A DNA stretch of 64,000 bases from Trichoplax sp. H2 (GCA_003344405.1 NOWV01000022.1:372001-436000), one strand, 5' to 3'. Counted from the stretch's first letter, positions 1 to 14,100 are shown. Translations and numbers: made by a program. Notes: generated by a model not told the origin, from the sequence alone.

Positions 1-2
1 GC

Positions 3-1716
3 CAACCTGAGTTAGTTCATAATAATCGATCTTATCCTATACCATCTTCTTATAACTCGTCATCAAATGCGACCGAATCGACGCCTAAACATGGTCGAAC
101 GGAAATTACCTCAAAATATCCTTCATCGTCAGTCAATACTAATACAACAATAAATCAGAGTAATAATACATCAAGTCATCAATTGGTATCAGAACATAGT
201 GAAGAATATTGGGATGATGAAGAAATTGAAGAGCAATTATCCAAATTTTCTATTAAGGAAGAATCAAGTAAACAAGACAGCCAAGACTTAGAATATACTA
301 TACCTAACGTAACTTTGAATCACCCTGATAAAATTCAATTGACTAATATCAATTCTCAGTCTAATTTAATCGATAATGAGATATCATCTTCAGATACAAT
401 CGATTATTCATTGGGAATTAATCGAGAAAGGAAAAGATCTACAGGTGAAGATAGTTTTATTTTTGATGAAGAAATGATGCAAAGAGAAGCTTCCATTGCA
501 TCAGAAGCTGTGCTCGATCACTATGAAGTCGGCCAGGAACAGCAACAACAACAGCATTGGTTACAAAATCAATTAGAAGGCAGAAGCAGTCGAATTGGTA
601 GATTACATCAAAATGAAACTGCTAGTTTAGACGATGATGACTATGAAGATGACGATACATACGAAGAGGACTATGAAGATGAGGAAGAATATGATGGTGA
701 AGGAGATATCGTACCGCTAACATCAGTTTTGCATAAAAACGTAAGATCATCAAGATTTTATATAATCCCTCATAATTTCAAAATGAGGATTATATCTGTA
801 CTTTATAGTGCTACTTATAAATGGAAAGGAATCAAAACCTATGTAATATTCCTGTGATAAACATTATCTACTGATGTAGAAAAATTTTTATATGAAGATT
901 TTAATTTTTTCTTTCAATAACTAAATTAATTTTGTTCTATCGTGTGGCTGCATTTCTTCATTTATTAATTATGTATAAGTTAATTTATGAAAGATTTTGG
1001 AACCTTAAAATTATTTTATGTCATACTACATGGCCTTATTAAAAATCGATTCTAATATCAATAGGTATGGAAAATTGTGAATTCAGTCCAAGCCAATGTT
1101 GACATCATACAAATGAAGGAAGGAAAATACAAAATATTTGATAAAATTGTCTTCGTTAGGGTGAGTTTATTAGATTACCGTACTAATTTATGTTAATAAA
1201 CTAAATTCTTGATAACGGCATTAAAAATCTTAAGTTTGTAACGATGCATGAAGTAAATGGTAGCTTATCGAGAAAGAATTATCTTAATCGGAGTACTAAG
1301 CAACAGAAAATCAGTTCCGTTACTAGTAATATCGTGATATTCGTTTAAAATTAGTTTTTAACCTTGAAACATTTGATAACATTATGATAGAAATAAGTAT
1401 TTCTTTTTTATTAAACTAAAATCTATAGATGCTAAATGAGCACGTTATGGTTCGTATTGGCGGAGGATGGGATACGTTAGAGCATTACATCACCTTCCAT
1501 ATGTCTTTACGAAAGAATAAATCAATTTTGAAAACTAGAGATATAGATGAAGTAAGATCAGATATTAAAGCCAATTCAAGCTTAATTAGCTATTCAAGGC
1601 CAAAAAGAACTTCCTTTGGTGGTTCACTTGGTAGTCGAGACCAACTCGGAGCTAGTACATTATCTCTACAAAGTAGCGGCTCCTTTAGTGAATTTCATCC
1701 AAAGTTAAAGCTTTAA
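3..1716 (+). CDS. 3' part of a GAS2-family (GAR domain) cytoskeletal linker gene; exons <3-740, 1065-1160, 1429-1716
   Basis: Frame is open from the window start to the donor AAC|gtaaga (740). Exon 1065-1160 reads VWKIVNSVQANVDIIQMKEGKYKIFDKIVFVR and splices (gtgagt...tag) to MLNEHVMVRIGGGWDTLEHYI, the GAR signature. A Ser-rich tail follows. The 5' end is outside the window. Confidence 0.88.
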
Positions 1717-3505
1717 ATATTCATATCCAAATGTACAGTTTCATCTGGCTTTAAACTTAGACTAGAATTGACAAAACCTATATTATTATCCATTGATACA
1801 TCAAATATTTTCATCATAAATTCTAATATGACTCAATTTATCATTTTTCATAAAAATTTCGATATCAAATCATCATAATAGGCATCAACGAAATTGGCAT
1901 TATACGTATCCATTAAAATTCGTTACGATATGCTAATTAGTTTTAGACCGATAAACGAAAATTTATTGCTTGCTAAATCTAGAGCCTAAATGGATGTTGC
2001 TGCATAGTATATGACATCGATCGAGTTCCAGAAACAAGCGAATTCTCAATATACGAATATATCTTAACATAACACCCATCAGTAGTACCTGATACGGGAA
2101 ATTAATGATCAGGATTACCTCAAGCTTGTATTTTATATACATAACTTTGTCTTTTATTGCAGTAAAATAAAAACAATGTTTCTAGCATGGCAGAAATTGA
2201 ATTGAATAAGTAAAGTATATATTCTAACTTGAAGCGAATTCAATTATTCATCTTTATTTCAGCAAACTAAGGCCTTAACAAAATTCATTGCTAGTCTAGG
2301 GTTAGTTTGAAATCTTATGCATTGCTATAACATTTCAGATTCTATTTACCTTCATATAAACAAAGCGATCATATAATTTTTGCATTTAAATAATTTTTAA
2401 AGTTACTAATTGATATATAACTACAATCTGCTGGTTATAAAGTCATGTATTGAAATTTTAGGGAAGACTCGCTGTCCATATAATGACCAAGACTTATGAC
2501 ACAATTCCTTATTTACTTCTAAAATAAACGCTGTAAGCGAATTTATTCGATCAAGTCACATCATTATTTTAAGATTGTTATTACAACTGTGTTCAATAAC
2601 GTAGAATGAGCTAGACAGATTTTCTAATGCTGCATTGCGTACGTTTACATAACCAAGATAAATATCTAAAGCATATCTTTAATACTTATAAACTATCCAA
2701 TATACTCCAAAGTACTCAAATCAAAGTACCGATAGTACTGCAATAAAGTAGGATCTAATCACATTGATAATGACTCGTTATCAATTCGAATAATATGAAT
2801 CAAACAACACATAACGGAGACTATCCATATACGTATGAATTAAATTTTCTGTGCAGGCAACGAAAAATAAATGCATAAGAATATTTGATTTGCAGTTAAA
2901 ATTGCAACTTAAATAGCCTAGGCTTAAAAATTGTAGTTTAATGCAGTCATGAAACGTTTCAGCGTAGAATGAGTATTATGATACAAGAGAATTGATATTC
3001 ATATTTCCATTAGCTCTAGCTGAAATATTGAATCTGCAGAATCTTTTAAAAGAATCTTTCATGCCGTTATAGGCACTAAAACTTTCAGTATATGCAATGC
3101 AAAACGTGGAAATACATTAAGTTCGATTGGTATTGGTATCTATTTAAACAGCTGTAAAAAAGTAAAAAGAAAAATAATACAGGCAAAAATTTATTCTTGC
3201 AATTTTGAAGATTTCTTTCTTTGATTTGCTAAAGCTTATACTATCTGTCTAGTCAACTTATGTTAAATTTTGTAGTGTGTAAGGGTCAACGTGCAGCTTT
3301 TAGCATCATTATGCAATCGATACGATGCCCTCTTAACTCAATGATGGCTTATTCGCTTTCCACATTGATATATTGGCAAAGTTATCAGCTAATGCGGATA
3401 ATACGTAAACTATATTATACTAGTTTCCATTTTGGAATTACCAAAGTAGATTATTACAATATTCCTTTACTATGAAGGTTGGCACATGATAAAGGGTGAA
3501 AATCT

Positions 3506-4904
3506 TCATGTGAAAGTGATCAATTCAGGAGGCAAGTGTCCTATATCGCCTAACCCCATTAACGTAACTCTGCCATCAGGTTCAATGGTTAAAGTAGTAA
3601 TTCCACAATTGGCAATATTAAATCGTAGCCATGCTTCCATGGGCAGTTGCAAACTCCTGAAAGATATCAATTATATATAGAATATAATATGTGTCGATGA
3701 TGACAAATCAGCATGATCGAAATGCATGCCATATCACAAGATGTCAATTGGAATGTATGCAGGATGAGATATTGCGATGACAATTTATAGTCAAATCTTA
3801 ACACAATATTTGTTTGAAATATAATATTCATATAATCTATAGTAATAGGTAAAGCCTATTTTCAGTATATCCTTATCAACAAAATCATATTGAAAGTGTA
3901 AGCAATCACACTGCTTCGAGCTTCGAGATTTTAGTGAAGTTCGCTTCCTTTACAATGCATTTTGACAGTTTAAATAGCCTTTCCTTCATTGGGTAATCTT
4001 ATTCAACTTACCTACATATAAGATATCTGATGGCATTAGCATGACTAATAATTAAATCGATAGAATGATGTGTTTGTTTAGCATGGGCTCGATAAAAGTA
4101 TTTCCTGAAAGATCCTTCCATCCTTATTCCATCCGCTAACATTGCCTAATGCCATCAATAAAGCAGCAGTAAGAAATTGATAACTTTGTAATAGTTTGAG
4201 TTCTGATTCGTTTGATATCATCTAAGGTAAAGTATAGTAGGGCAATCTGAGGCTAATGTTCAACGCCTAGTCCTCACCTTTTTACTCGGTTTCCAATATT
4301 GTACAGGTGGTACTGGTTCGATCGGTGGGGCTCCCTCCGATAAAGCTTTTGTCGCTTCTTTATTTTTACAAGTTATGATTTTACAGATTTGATCAGCGGT
4401 TTCTGCAGCACTCACTGTAGCAGAATAGTATACGTTACTTATAGGGATATTCATTGCCTTCAATCTCTTGCCTGTCAATTTTGCCTGCACTCTTCCTAAA
4501 TCGGTCAATACAGGCTTGGTTTTATCCTTTTCAACATGAACCAAACGGAATTGGCCATGGCGCACTATTAGAATCGTCCTCGTTGCATTGGGCTTGATAG
4601 TCTCTTTTTTGGGATATTTCCGATCCCAATTGTGATCCCAAGATATTCGATAAGACGATCTAGGTATCTCGACATGATCTTGAGGACTACCTTGCTTTTC
4701 CTTGTCTTTCTTTATCTCTTTATTCATGCGGTGATTGCTGTTGGCTGTCTTTTCTGCGTCTTTGCAGCTGTCATCGGAGCAAGTTCCCTGCTCGGATGAT
4801 GTACGCTCGGTTACCTGCTGTTTGCCATCCTGATGGCAGCTCCCTTGTAAAATTAAGAGCATCATCACGCTAATACCTAGTATTAGCTTGCCTAAATCAG
4901 TCAT
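3506..4904 (-). CDS. PGAM5: PGAM5-like histidine phosphatase, divergent paralog (copy 1); exons 4904-4278, 4145-4012, 3656-3506
   Basis: Spliced product contains WDHNWD, ILIVRHGQF, LSEGAPPIEP, FRKYFYRA, IISHANAIRYLICRSLQLPMEAWLR and LGDIGHLPPELITFT*. Introns are GT-AG and sit at the same positions as in copy 2. ATG at 4904. Confidence 0.9.
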
Positions 4905-5134
4905 TTTGTTCAATATTTAGGTATACGTTAACAGACTCCAACTCAATTTTTGAACTCCGAACCGTCCAGCAGCCAAGAACGTTAGATCAATATTTTACTT
5001 GCTGCAGGCAGAGTACCGGCGCCAGCTGTGCTGCAGTCGCGCTTTACGTGACTGCAGCCTAATCAGAGACTCTTTCGACTCTGGTATGGTCACGGCTTCT
5101 GTCCAGTACATTTTACAGTCCTGTCTAATAATAC

Positions 5135-5260
5135 AGAGTACAGTATACTGTATAGTGTTGGTATAAAGTGTACAGTACAGTACAGTATAGTACTGTACAG
5201 TGTACAGTAGGTATACTGTAAGTTATACCGTAGAAGCATATCTGCATACTGTATCTGCAA
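5135..5260. repeat. TACAG/CTGTA low-complexity, partly palindromic tract upstream of PGAM5 copy 1
   Basis: gtacagtacagtacagtatagtactgtacagtgtacagtaggtatactgta. Confidence 0.7.
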
Positions 5261-5509
5261 ATTCTACTGTGCAGCCAATATTTAGTTATAAAACACTCAA
5301 AAAATTATTTACAGTTCATAATTTTAGTTTTAAAATTTGGGGAGTAATCCATGACATTTAGTCTACAAAATATGGACGTGATGCGTATATCAGTCTCTGC
5401 CCATATTACCACATCTAAATGGTGTATCTGGATAGACTGTACTGCACATTCGAATGTACAGCAGACCCTTCCATCAATTCTACGAGTACTCAATGGCTAC
5501 TCTTTAATG

Positions 5510-6370
5510 ACACAGCATTTAGTCAGCGATTCTTGAGACTAATAGTTTTAGTCTCAGAAGTCCCTGATTGAGTCATAATGGCACAACATTTAGTCAGCGA
5601 TTCCTGAGACTAATAATTTTAGTCTTAAAAGTCCCTGATTGACTTATGGACTACTAAAAATATGCATAGTTAGCAATTTCAGTCCATGATTTAGTCTACG
5701 TCTAACTGTCCACATCTACATACTATAACTGTATGTATTAACTAAATATTCTACTATGCCGCAGGCCCTCGGATTATATATATATACGAGTACTAAATGA
5801 CTACTGTACAATGGTACAGTATTTAGTCAGCGATCCTGAGATTAATAGTTTTAGTCTCAGAAGTCCCTGATTGAGCCATGGACTACTAAAAATATGCATA
5901 ATTAGCAATTTCAGTTCAAGACTTAGTCCACGCCTAAAAAACTGTCCCACAACTACTGTGCATACTGTACTATAACTGTATGTATTAATTAAACATTCTA
6001 CCATCCCGCCGGCCCTCCGATTATATTTATTTATACGAGTATTAAATGACTACTGCACAATGGCACAGCATTTAGTCAGCGATTCCTGAGACTAATAGTT
6101 TTAGTCTCAAAAGTCCCTGATTGACTTATGCACTACTAAAAATATGCATAGTTAGCAATTTCAGTCCATGATTTAGTCTACGTCTAACTGTCCTACATCT
6201 ACGTACTGTAACTGTATATATTATACATTCATTCTAGTATGCCGCAGGCACTAGGATGTTGCTTTCGTTTGTACGACTACTGTACAGCATTTAGTCTTGG
6301 ACTACTAAAATAGTTACAGTTATAGTAATTTTAGTTTCAAAAATTTTTAGTAGTCCATGATTTAGTCTAT
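5510..6370. repeat. Tandem array of a ~235-250 bp unit (about 3 full copies plus partial copies) with an internal hairpin
   Basis: catttagtcagcgattcctgagactaatagttttagtctcaaaagtccctgattga recurs at ~5516, 5587, 5820 and 6069. ggactactaaaaatatgcata follows the last three. Confidence 0.92.
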
Positions 6371-8121
6371 AAGTAATGGTACTATGGCAATAATCATTCG
6401 CTTAAACTGTACAATATGCATTATACAGTACAGTAGTATTAATAAGTACAGTATCGTGTAATATTGCCTATTGCAAAATACGCGTATGTCGAGTCCTTCA
6501 TTAGTTGCCTTCGCGAGCATCAAAATTATTTCAATATCAAATTTCTCGGGTATTGGAATTAAAAAAATACCAATAAAGGTCTTTGGCGTATAGTAACATA
6601 TACAATACATGACATGAGAGTATTAAAGCATCAGTAGAAAGTTCTATAGTCCCCGGCATAACCTACATCCTATCCTGAAATATCCTACACACCTAACAAG
6701 GATGCCATCACTACCAGTAGAGTGTTCGACTTGTATACACTAATGACTTCGCAGTAAAGATTCCAGTAACTGTAAGTGCCTGGATAGGAGGTACTCACTC
6801 GATTGCAGTCAAAGCGGAGTGATTGTGACTTTCAATTTATTTCTACAGCAAAATTGGCAATCCCAGTATATCAATTTTATATTAATAAACTGAACGAATA
6901 TAAATTGAAATATATCGATCGCGTTGGGCTATGATATTGTTGAATAACCCTAGGTATGGAATAGGGCAAATTGCACATCATAAAGTGGATCAATGCCGTT
7001 TACTATTTCTGATCTTTTGAATATTTTGGTATATTTACGGCAGTTGAGAACTTCATTGACTCTATAGGATATAATTTAGACTAGTACTGTACTACGGTAT
7101 TTCTTCCAATAGGCATTAAAATAGTATATCTCGATTCAAAAAGCACAGAACAGCAGACCTTAACTATTATCTTTTCATACGAGTACATAGAAATTGGCTG
7201 ACAGAAACGGAGTGTTCTGTAGATGCGTGGCTAGGCAGGAAAATGGCTGTGTTTTGAAAGATATAAAACATAATGTGGCCTGAGCCATATCCCAAATAGA
7301 TCACAATACGGATACACTGGAAAATACGCCCAGCCATGTACACAAATCACAGAGAATATGCAAATAAGGTTACAAACATAGCACAGTTGAGCATAGGACT
7401 TTTGCTAATACGATTCTCTCGGGAGAAGAGTAATTGAAGCAATACATTCTGATTATGCTATCCACAACACTTCTCTATCTTAGTCGAAACTTGATATATT
7501 GTACATACAATACATACTGTACGTTTTGGCAATAGTACTGTAGTCCAAGCGGGGCTAAATTAAGTTATTTTATTTAGCCATAATGATAAAGTTGCAATTG
7601 TAGGACAACGTCGGTGGGGCATTTTATAAACAATTGACAATGATGTTTTCTCATATCACTTACTGGTGTATACGCGTACATAAATATTGCAGTTAGACTT
7701 ACCTGAGTCTCTAACTCTCTATTAATATAGGAGCACAACACGTTCGTTATGCATTAGTGTGCATGTAGACTGCATTTTAACAGAGGCATATAATAATAAA
7801 TATTTAATTTATCTAAGAACAAACAGATCTCAACTTGCGGAACTCGTGTAAAAGTCGAAAATAATGTACCATTAGGTCAAAATATAAAAGTAGGTTAAAG
7901 TGAACACTATCATAGTCCAAGTTTTACAAATGGAGTCAATTTCGGAAAGTGTTATTCGATAATATGAATAGCTTCGAATGTATCTTACAGACTCGATGAA
8001 ATTTCCATATCTTTTGATTCCTAATAGAATTTATATGTGCAATATTAAAAAGGAATATTCGCTATAAGAATAGCATTAATATCAAACTTCTTTCTACTGT
8101 AGCCTGTTGATAACAAAGAGC

Positions 8122-11100
8122 TCAGTATTGAATAGTATCTTGATTCTATTGTCATCTCCATTATAAAAACTGTCCAATTTGCATATCAACAATTAATCAA
8201 AATGAGACATTAAATGGCAAACCTGCATTATACGTCCTTTAGTTTCTATTGGGAGAAGCATCGCAGAAATTCCTCCCGCGAAGGAAATGCAAGCGTAAAT
8301 GCTTAACGCTAAGATATCGGAAACCGGTAACATTACCTACACAGTAGATCAAAACATGATAAATTGGTAATTTAACGAACTACCTTGTACGAAAGCTATT
8401 TTATAATTTTCGCTAGTGAAAAAACGTTTTTATCGAAAATATTTCACTTGCATACAGTACAATTAGCAAAGGTGGGATAGTCCTTAAGTATACACGATAT
8501 CATATTTTAAAAATAAACCAGGAACATTGCCTTCCATTACAATCGAATATTGCAGTTTTTGCTACAACCTGAGCTAAAAATGGTGTAATCATTGCACCAA
8601 TTCGAGCGAAACTGCTGCAAAATCCAAGGCCTAGTGCTCTAAATGTTGTTGGATAAACCTATAATTAAGCCAAATGGGGAATATCAATAACGCCATGTTT
8701 GTAATTAGCACAGTTTTTACTACGATACCTAAGCACTCAAGATAGTCATTCTACTTCAGAATATATTTCATGATTAAAAGCTAAAGTATAACTGTAATCA
8801 TTCTATCGTTCTAATATTTAAATTTCATTCCGCTTTATTCGGTTCTTAGCTATCAAACAAATTTCACGACCCCTATAATGCTAATTTGTGATAATTACTA
8901 TTTTCATTAAGAAGTTGATACTGATAGATAGACAGTATTTGTAGAATTTTAAAAACATATTTTAACAAATCACCTCAGGGGTATAAACATAGGCTACTTG
9001 AAAGGCTCCAGAAATAAGCGCTCGGACACAAAATATAAGGATTGTCTTCGGTACCCTAGTGGTGCAGATAATAGTTAATAAATGTATGCAAGTGCGAAAA
9101 CTATTCTAACTGAATATAGTAAATCTGAATTATAATTACTACGTTAAAGTTTTACATTTACATATCTTTATGTCATTCATCGTGAGCGTTCATTTTATGA
9201 GTAATTTATAAAGTAATTAAACTATTTTCACTAACAATGAATTGATATTACCTTGCACTGCATATTATTAGCATGAATAAGAATACTCCAGCAAGTGAAA
9301 ATTGTAAGCATAACGCCTTCTTTCTCCCCAATTGCTCAACAATCAGGAATGCAAATATCATCCCTTAAGAAATAAAAAATTAAACAAAAAATAACGTTGA
9401 GTTTTAATCACTAATTAGATATCTAATTTAAGCAATCAATCATGGCTACTGTTATAGAATTATATTCTGAACTATCAATGTTTTTAAAGTAAAAAAATTT
9501 AGCAAAACAAATTAGCATACGAATATACTGACCAGGGAACTCGGAGACGGTTGTAATTACAATATTACGATAGTCATCACTTGATAGTGGCTTACATATG
9601 CATCCGTGAATAGAATTTTCTCCATTACCTAAATGTATTTAAATATTTAAGTCACCGTTAACTACCAAACAATGCTTCATAAGACAGCTACAATTCTAGT
9701 ATTTCGAAAAGTAAAATTGTTGCGCTTAGACAATATTAATGTACATTAGGAAACAGCTGCTTAATACTTATGGCTTACCGCATCTATCCACCGTGTATAA
9801 CACTGGAGTCATTAAAATTATTCCATAATACAGTGCCGCAGCAGAAAACCTGTCCAAATATGACAGTAATGAATAATACCGAGTAATCCTCATATTAAAC
9901 TTACTCAACAATTTTACGAGTGATGGCTTCAATTGTACTGTATTGTTCTATATACAAACAATAGTTACCAAATTGACCACATCAATAAAGTTGTTTTCGT
10001 ATAAGGAGGTTTCAGTAAATCCCAAATTCGTCCACGAGTTCCCTAAATAAATAACGTCATTCCTCTTTAATCTAAAATTTATGCATTGACCAAATCTAGG
10101 CTTCCAGTCATCACGTAGAGACTTTTGTTTGCTTGAATATCCAAAAAGAACATCCAATATACTTTTACTACCTTGCTAGGCAATTTTATATCTTCACTAT
10201 ACCAGGACTTCCTATTTGCTGTCGCAACATTATGCAAAACTGACATAGCTTCTGAGCGTTGACCGGATATTAACAAATATCGTGGTGACTCTGGAATAAT
10301 CTATAGTCAATTGTAAAAGTAATTAAGATACGTATTTTATTTACAAGCGATAATATCTATATATTGACAGCATACCTTATACAGAAAACAGAAAACTAGG
10401 CAAGGTAGGCTAGAAAAAGCTACTAAATATCTCCAACCAAGGGTAGGCATAACAATAAAGGCTAGAATAACTTCGAAACTTGCTCCAATCGACCAAAATG
10501 ACTAAGAGATTGAGAAAGAATTATACGTCTCTGTTATTATAGTAAATGAAATGACGATAAAATATTATAATTCAGCTATGCAGCGAAGTAGAAAACTGTA
10601 CTTGGAGAAAGACAATTGATCTAGCTCGAGCTTTGACAGGCAAGAATTCACTATAGAGAGTAACCCTGTAGATTCATGGAAGATAATATAAGCGTTACAT
10701 AGTTTAACATAATGTGTAATCAAACAGTACAATATGCGTAAACACGTCTATCTGTAACATTCTTAAGTCAATATATAATAGTAATCTAATTAGGGAAATG
10801 ATCGCTATTTTAATTGTATAGACGATGTAATTTAGAGGTAAGTCGTGGCAGTAAAGTTTTATCTATAATCATAATTTACTATACTTTTGAATTGTACAAG
10901 TTTAGTGCAACATCTTACGCTTGTGCAGCACCAGAAATACCAAAACCGGTTATTGTTCGTGTAAATATAACCCAAAAATAGCTAGGAGATAGAGCGCATA
11001 ATATTCCATAAAAGAAAGTGCAGAAACTGGAAGACAATAACCCCTGTAATGCAATGTTGATTGTAGGATTACTCATTTGACTTTATTTACTAGAAATGTT

Positions 11101-14100
11101 ATCGTCTATCAGGAGCTACTAATTTTACTAGAGCTATATATTTTAAAATTTAATTTATCATCTTCATCTATTAATGGCAATATATAATTATAGATCAATT
11201 CGTATGTACTATTTTGCGTCCGTATATATCTGCCAACCAGCCCCAAATTGGTGCTCCGATACCAAAGCCCATAAAGACCACCTATTATAGATTGGATTAT
11301 ATTATATTTTAAGAATTTGATAAGTGAATAGTATAAATATTTTCATATAAAAATAATTACGATTTTAGCTGATTATACCGTCGTTATAAAGGCTTCCTGC
11401 CATGATGAAAGATACCATTCACAAAGGAGAACTGGACCAATGACGGATAATAGCATCATTTCCATGGCATCTACGGCCTAATACACAAATACGTGAGATT
11501 GACTGAATATTGATAATGTATGGGTTGAGTTCTACGTGGTTAACATTTTATAGTATTAAAATTGTTAGCAATGGATCTTTACTGATTGCACTTAAAGTAT
11601 AGCGTAGCACTGTTTCCTCCTGAGCGGTACTATATAAATGGTAATCTCGATATTTATATTAGAACTAGAATCGTGTTATGTTTATTTCTGTAAGCAAACT
11701 CGGTAGATGCTAAGATAACCATGTCTACGTAACCTACATCGCATAACTGTAAATTAATTTTGTGCAATCTGCGATCAAATACTGCGCGTATATACTCGTA
11801 CGTGTAATAACCCTAGCTCTTGTCCATTTTAAAGCATTAATATAACTAGCTTGCATATAGCTAACTTATTACTTGCCATTAATATTTAAGGTACTGCTCC
11901 TAGTTTACTGCTAGATTAAAGGTAGTCATATGTAAACAAGTGCAAATTTAAAAAGCTCACTATAAGTCAATATTAAAATGAAACCGTATAACTATACCAA
12001 GTTTAAACTTGCAATAATCCATCAAGTACCGTCAAGATAAAGAAATCTTGTATTTTTAAAATGGCAAATTATCTTAATTAATTAGTGCATTAATTAGTGC
12101 AACTACAGTATGTATCATAAGATTAAACAGGATTAATATATTCGTGTATTACATTACATATATACATAAAATACATACTAACCCAGGCACATCCCATTAC
12201 AAACGTCAATCGTATTTGATATTTTCCAAATCCTAATGAATTAATTACTTCTCCAAGAGTGGTTGAATCATCTAAGGATTGAATGAAAGGAAACCAGTTA
12301 TAACTAAAATATGGGAATATTCTTAATGATAGCAAAACAATCAGTCTATTTTGTAGGACGCCTATATTCAATTTGCTTCTTTGTATTTTAGACTGGACTT
12401 TGGGTAAAATCAATGGTATTAATGGTGTTGTCTTTTAATGACTGTTAGAAAGTGACGTTATGGCTATATTTGTATTTATAACGGTATATATCCTACCACT
12501 AAATATACCGTCTTTCCTAAATAAATACTGCTATTACTAAGGAATATAATATCAATGACAGTTATAAACGTATTCGATGATAGCATTAAAGCTTTAGTAG
12601 GTGTTATAAACGTACCATATACTAACACAGGATTTAAGACTATAGAGTGGCATTTAAGATCTATCCATTAATCCGACCATTTACAGTTAGTTAATGAAGT
12701 CACTTAGCATTTGATATATTTTTGGCGTGGTCTGATGTTTATCCAGCTTTCAACAGTTCATGCAGGCCGAAATTTTTTCTGATTGCAAGATTTAAAATTT
12801 ACAAGGATACTAACTCTTTGCGTTAGTGTAAAATGTCCACGCCGTAGTACAGTAGTATTCAGTCTGGCAACGAGATATCGTAAAAGTAACAATCTATTCC
12901 GATGTGTTACATTTGTAGGAAGCGGATATCCAGTATACTGTAACTATTAAACAACGGCAGCATCAAATGACCAGAATGTAGCATCCAATACTTTAACTAA
13001 CTCCGTTAGTAAGCAATCATTTTTATTTCATACGCCTATAGGCTACGACAATACTATAACATCAATACTATAGTAGACAAGTAGAACTGTACCTAACTTC
13101 ATCATGACTACAGAAAAGTCTATAGTTTTAAAAATTCTCGAAATTATACTTCATGTCAGCAGTTACGCCATTTGATCGAATAATGAAATTTTAAAGCCTT
13201 GTTGTTACCAAATAGGGATTGGCTCTGTTGATCATTTCCTCATTCCTTAGTACGTACAGTACAGTATATATGTACAAGTAAATCCTACTTGACTGTAAAG
13301 GCCTGCGGATCTAAATTAAAAATACCATCCAAATTACTCCAAGTTGTACTGCCGATAGTTGCTGCCCTTGATGGGATAATGAAATCTTGAAAGCTTTGGT
13401 TTAGCTCAATATGAGAGATACAAAAGTAGCACTGCTTAAATGATCATTTGTTCATTTCTTAGTAATGACTTCGATATAGAAAAGCTTGGAGTTTTAAAAA
13501 AAAAAAATCCACCGAATTGTATTCATGTCGATAATGATGGCATTGACCGAATAATGAAATTTCCAATGCCTGGTGTCGCCAAATCGAGATTGACCGTGTT
13601 ATTCATTTATTCATTTCTTAACATAGACTTTAAGGTTCATAAATAAAGCAGGCAAATAGTGGCCGCATATTTGCCGTATATGATCTGACTTGACTACAGA
13701 AAGGCCTGTCATTTTAAAAACCCTGTAATTTGCATTGAATGTCCACCGTTGGGGCGTTTAACTGAACGACGAAATTGTAAAAGCCGTGTCATCATCCAAT
13801 CGAGACTGACTACGTTGATGATTTATTCATTTCTTAGCATCAACAGGATTGAAAAATTAACTTAGTAAACTGATTTCTATCTAGGCAATCTTTTATCGAT
13901 CAATGTATACTTTGCTTGTAACTTAAAATAACATAATGTGATTTAAGATTAAAAGGATTTTTATCAATCTTATCGTCATCAAAACGAAGATAGGGTCTTG
14001 TACTGTACATTAATCTCGAACTCGTTACAAGATTAGCGCTATGGATATTTTCTACAAGAATACTGCAATAGCTCACTTAACGGTGTTGAATCCAGATTTA

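Noticed and set aside
741..857. C-terminal extension of ORF 183..857
   Set aside because: Read-through into an intron after the donor at 741.
3486..3680. 64-aa + strand ORF
   Set aside because: Antisense shadow of PGAM5-1 exon 3.
5510..6370. CRISPR-like repeat-spacer array with palindromic repeats
   Set aside because: The intervening sequences are homologous to each other, so this is a tandem repeat.
7190..7440. GC-richer stretch giving hydrophobic peptides on the - strand
   Set aside because: Frames are short or interrupted by stops and no family was recognised.
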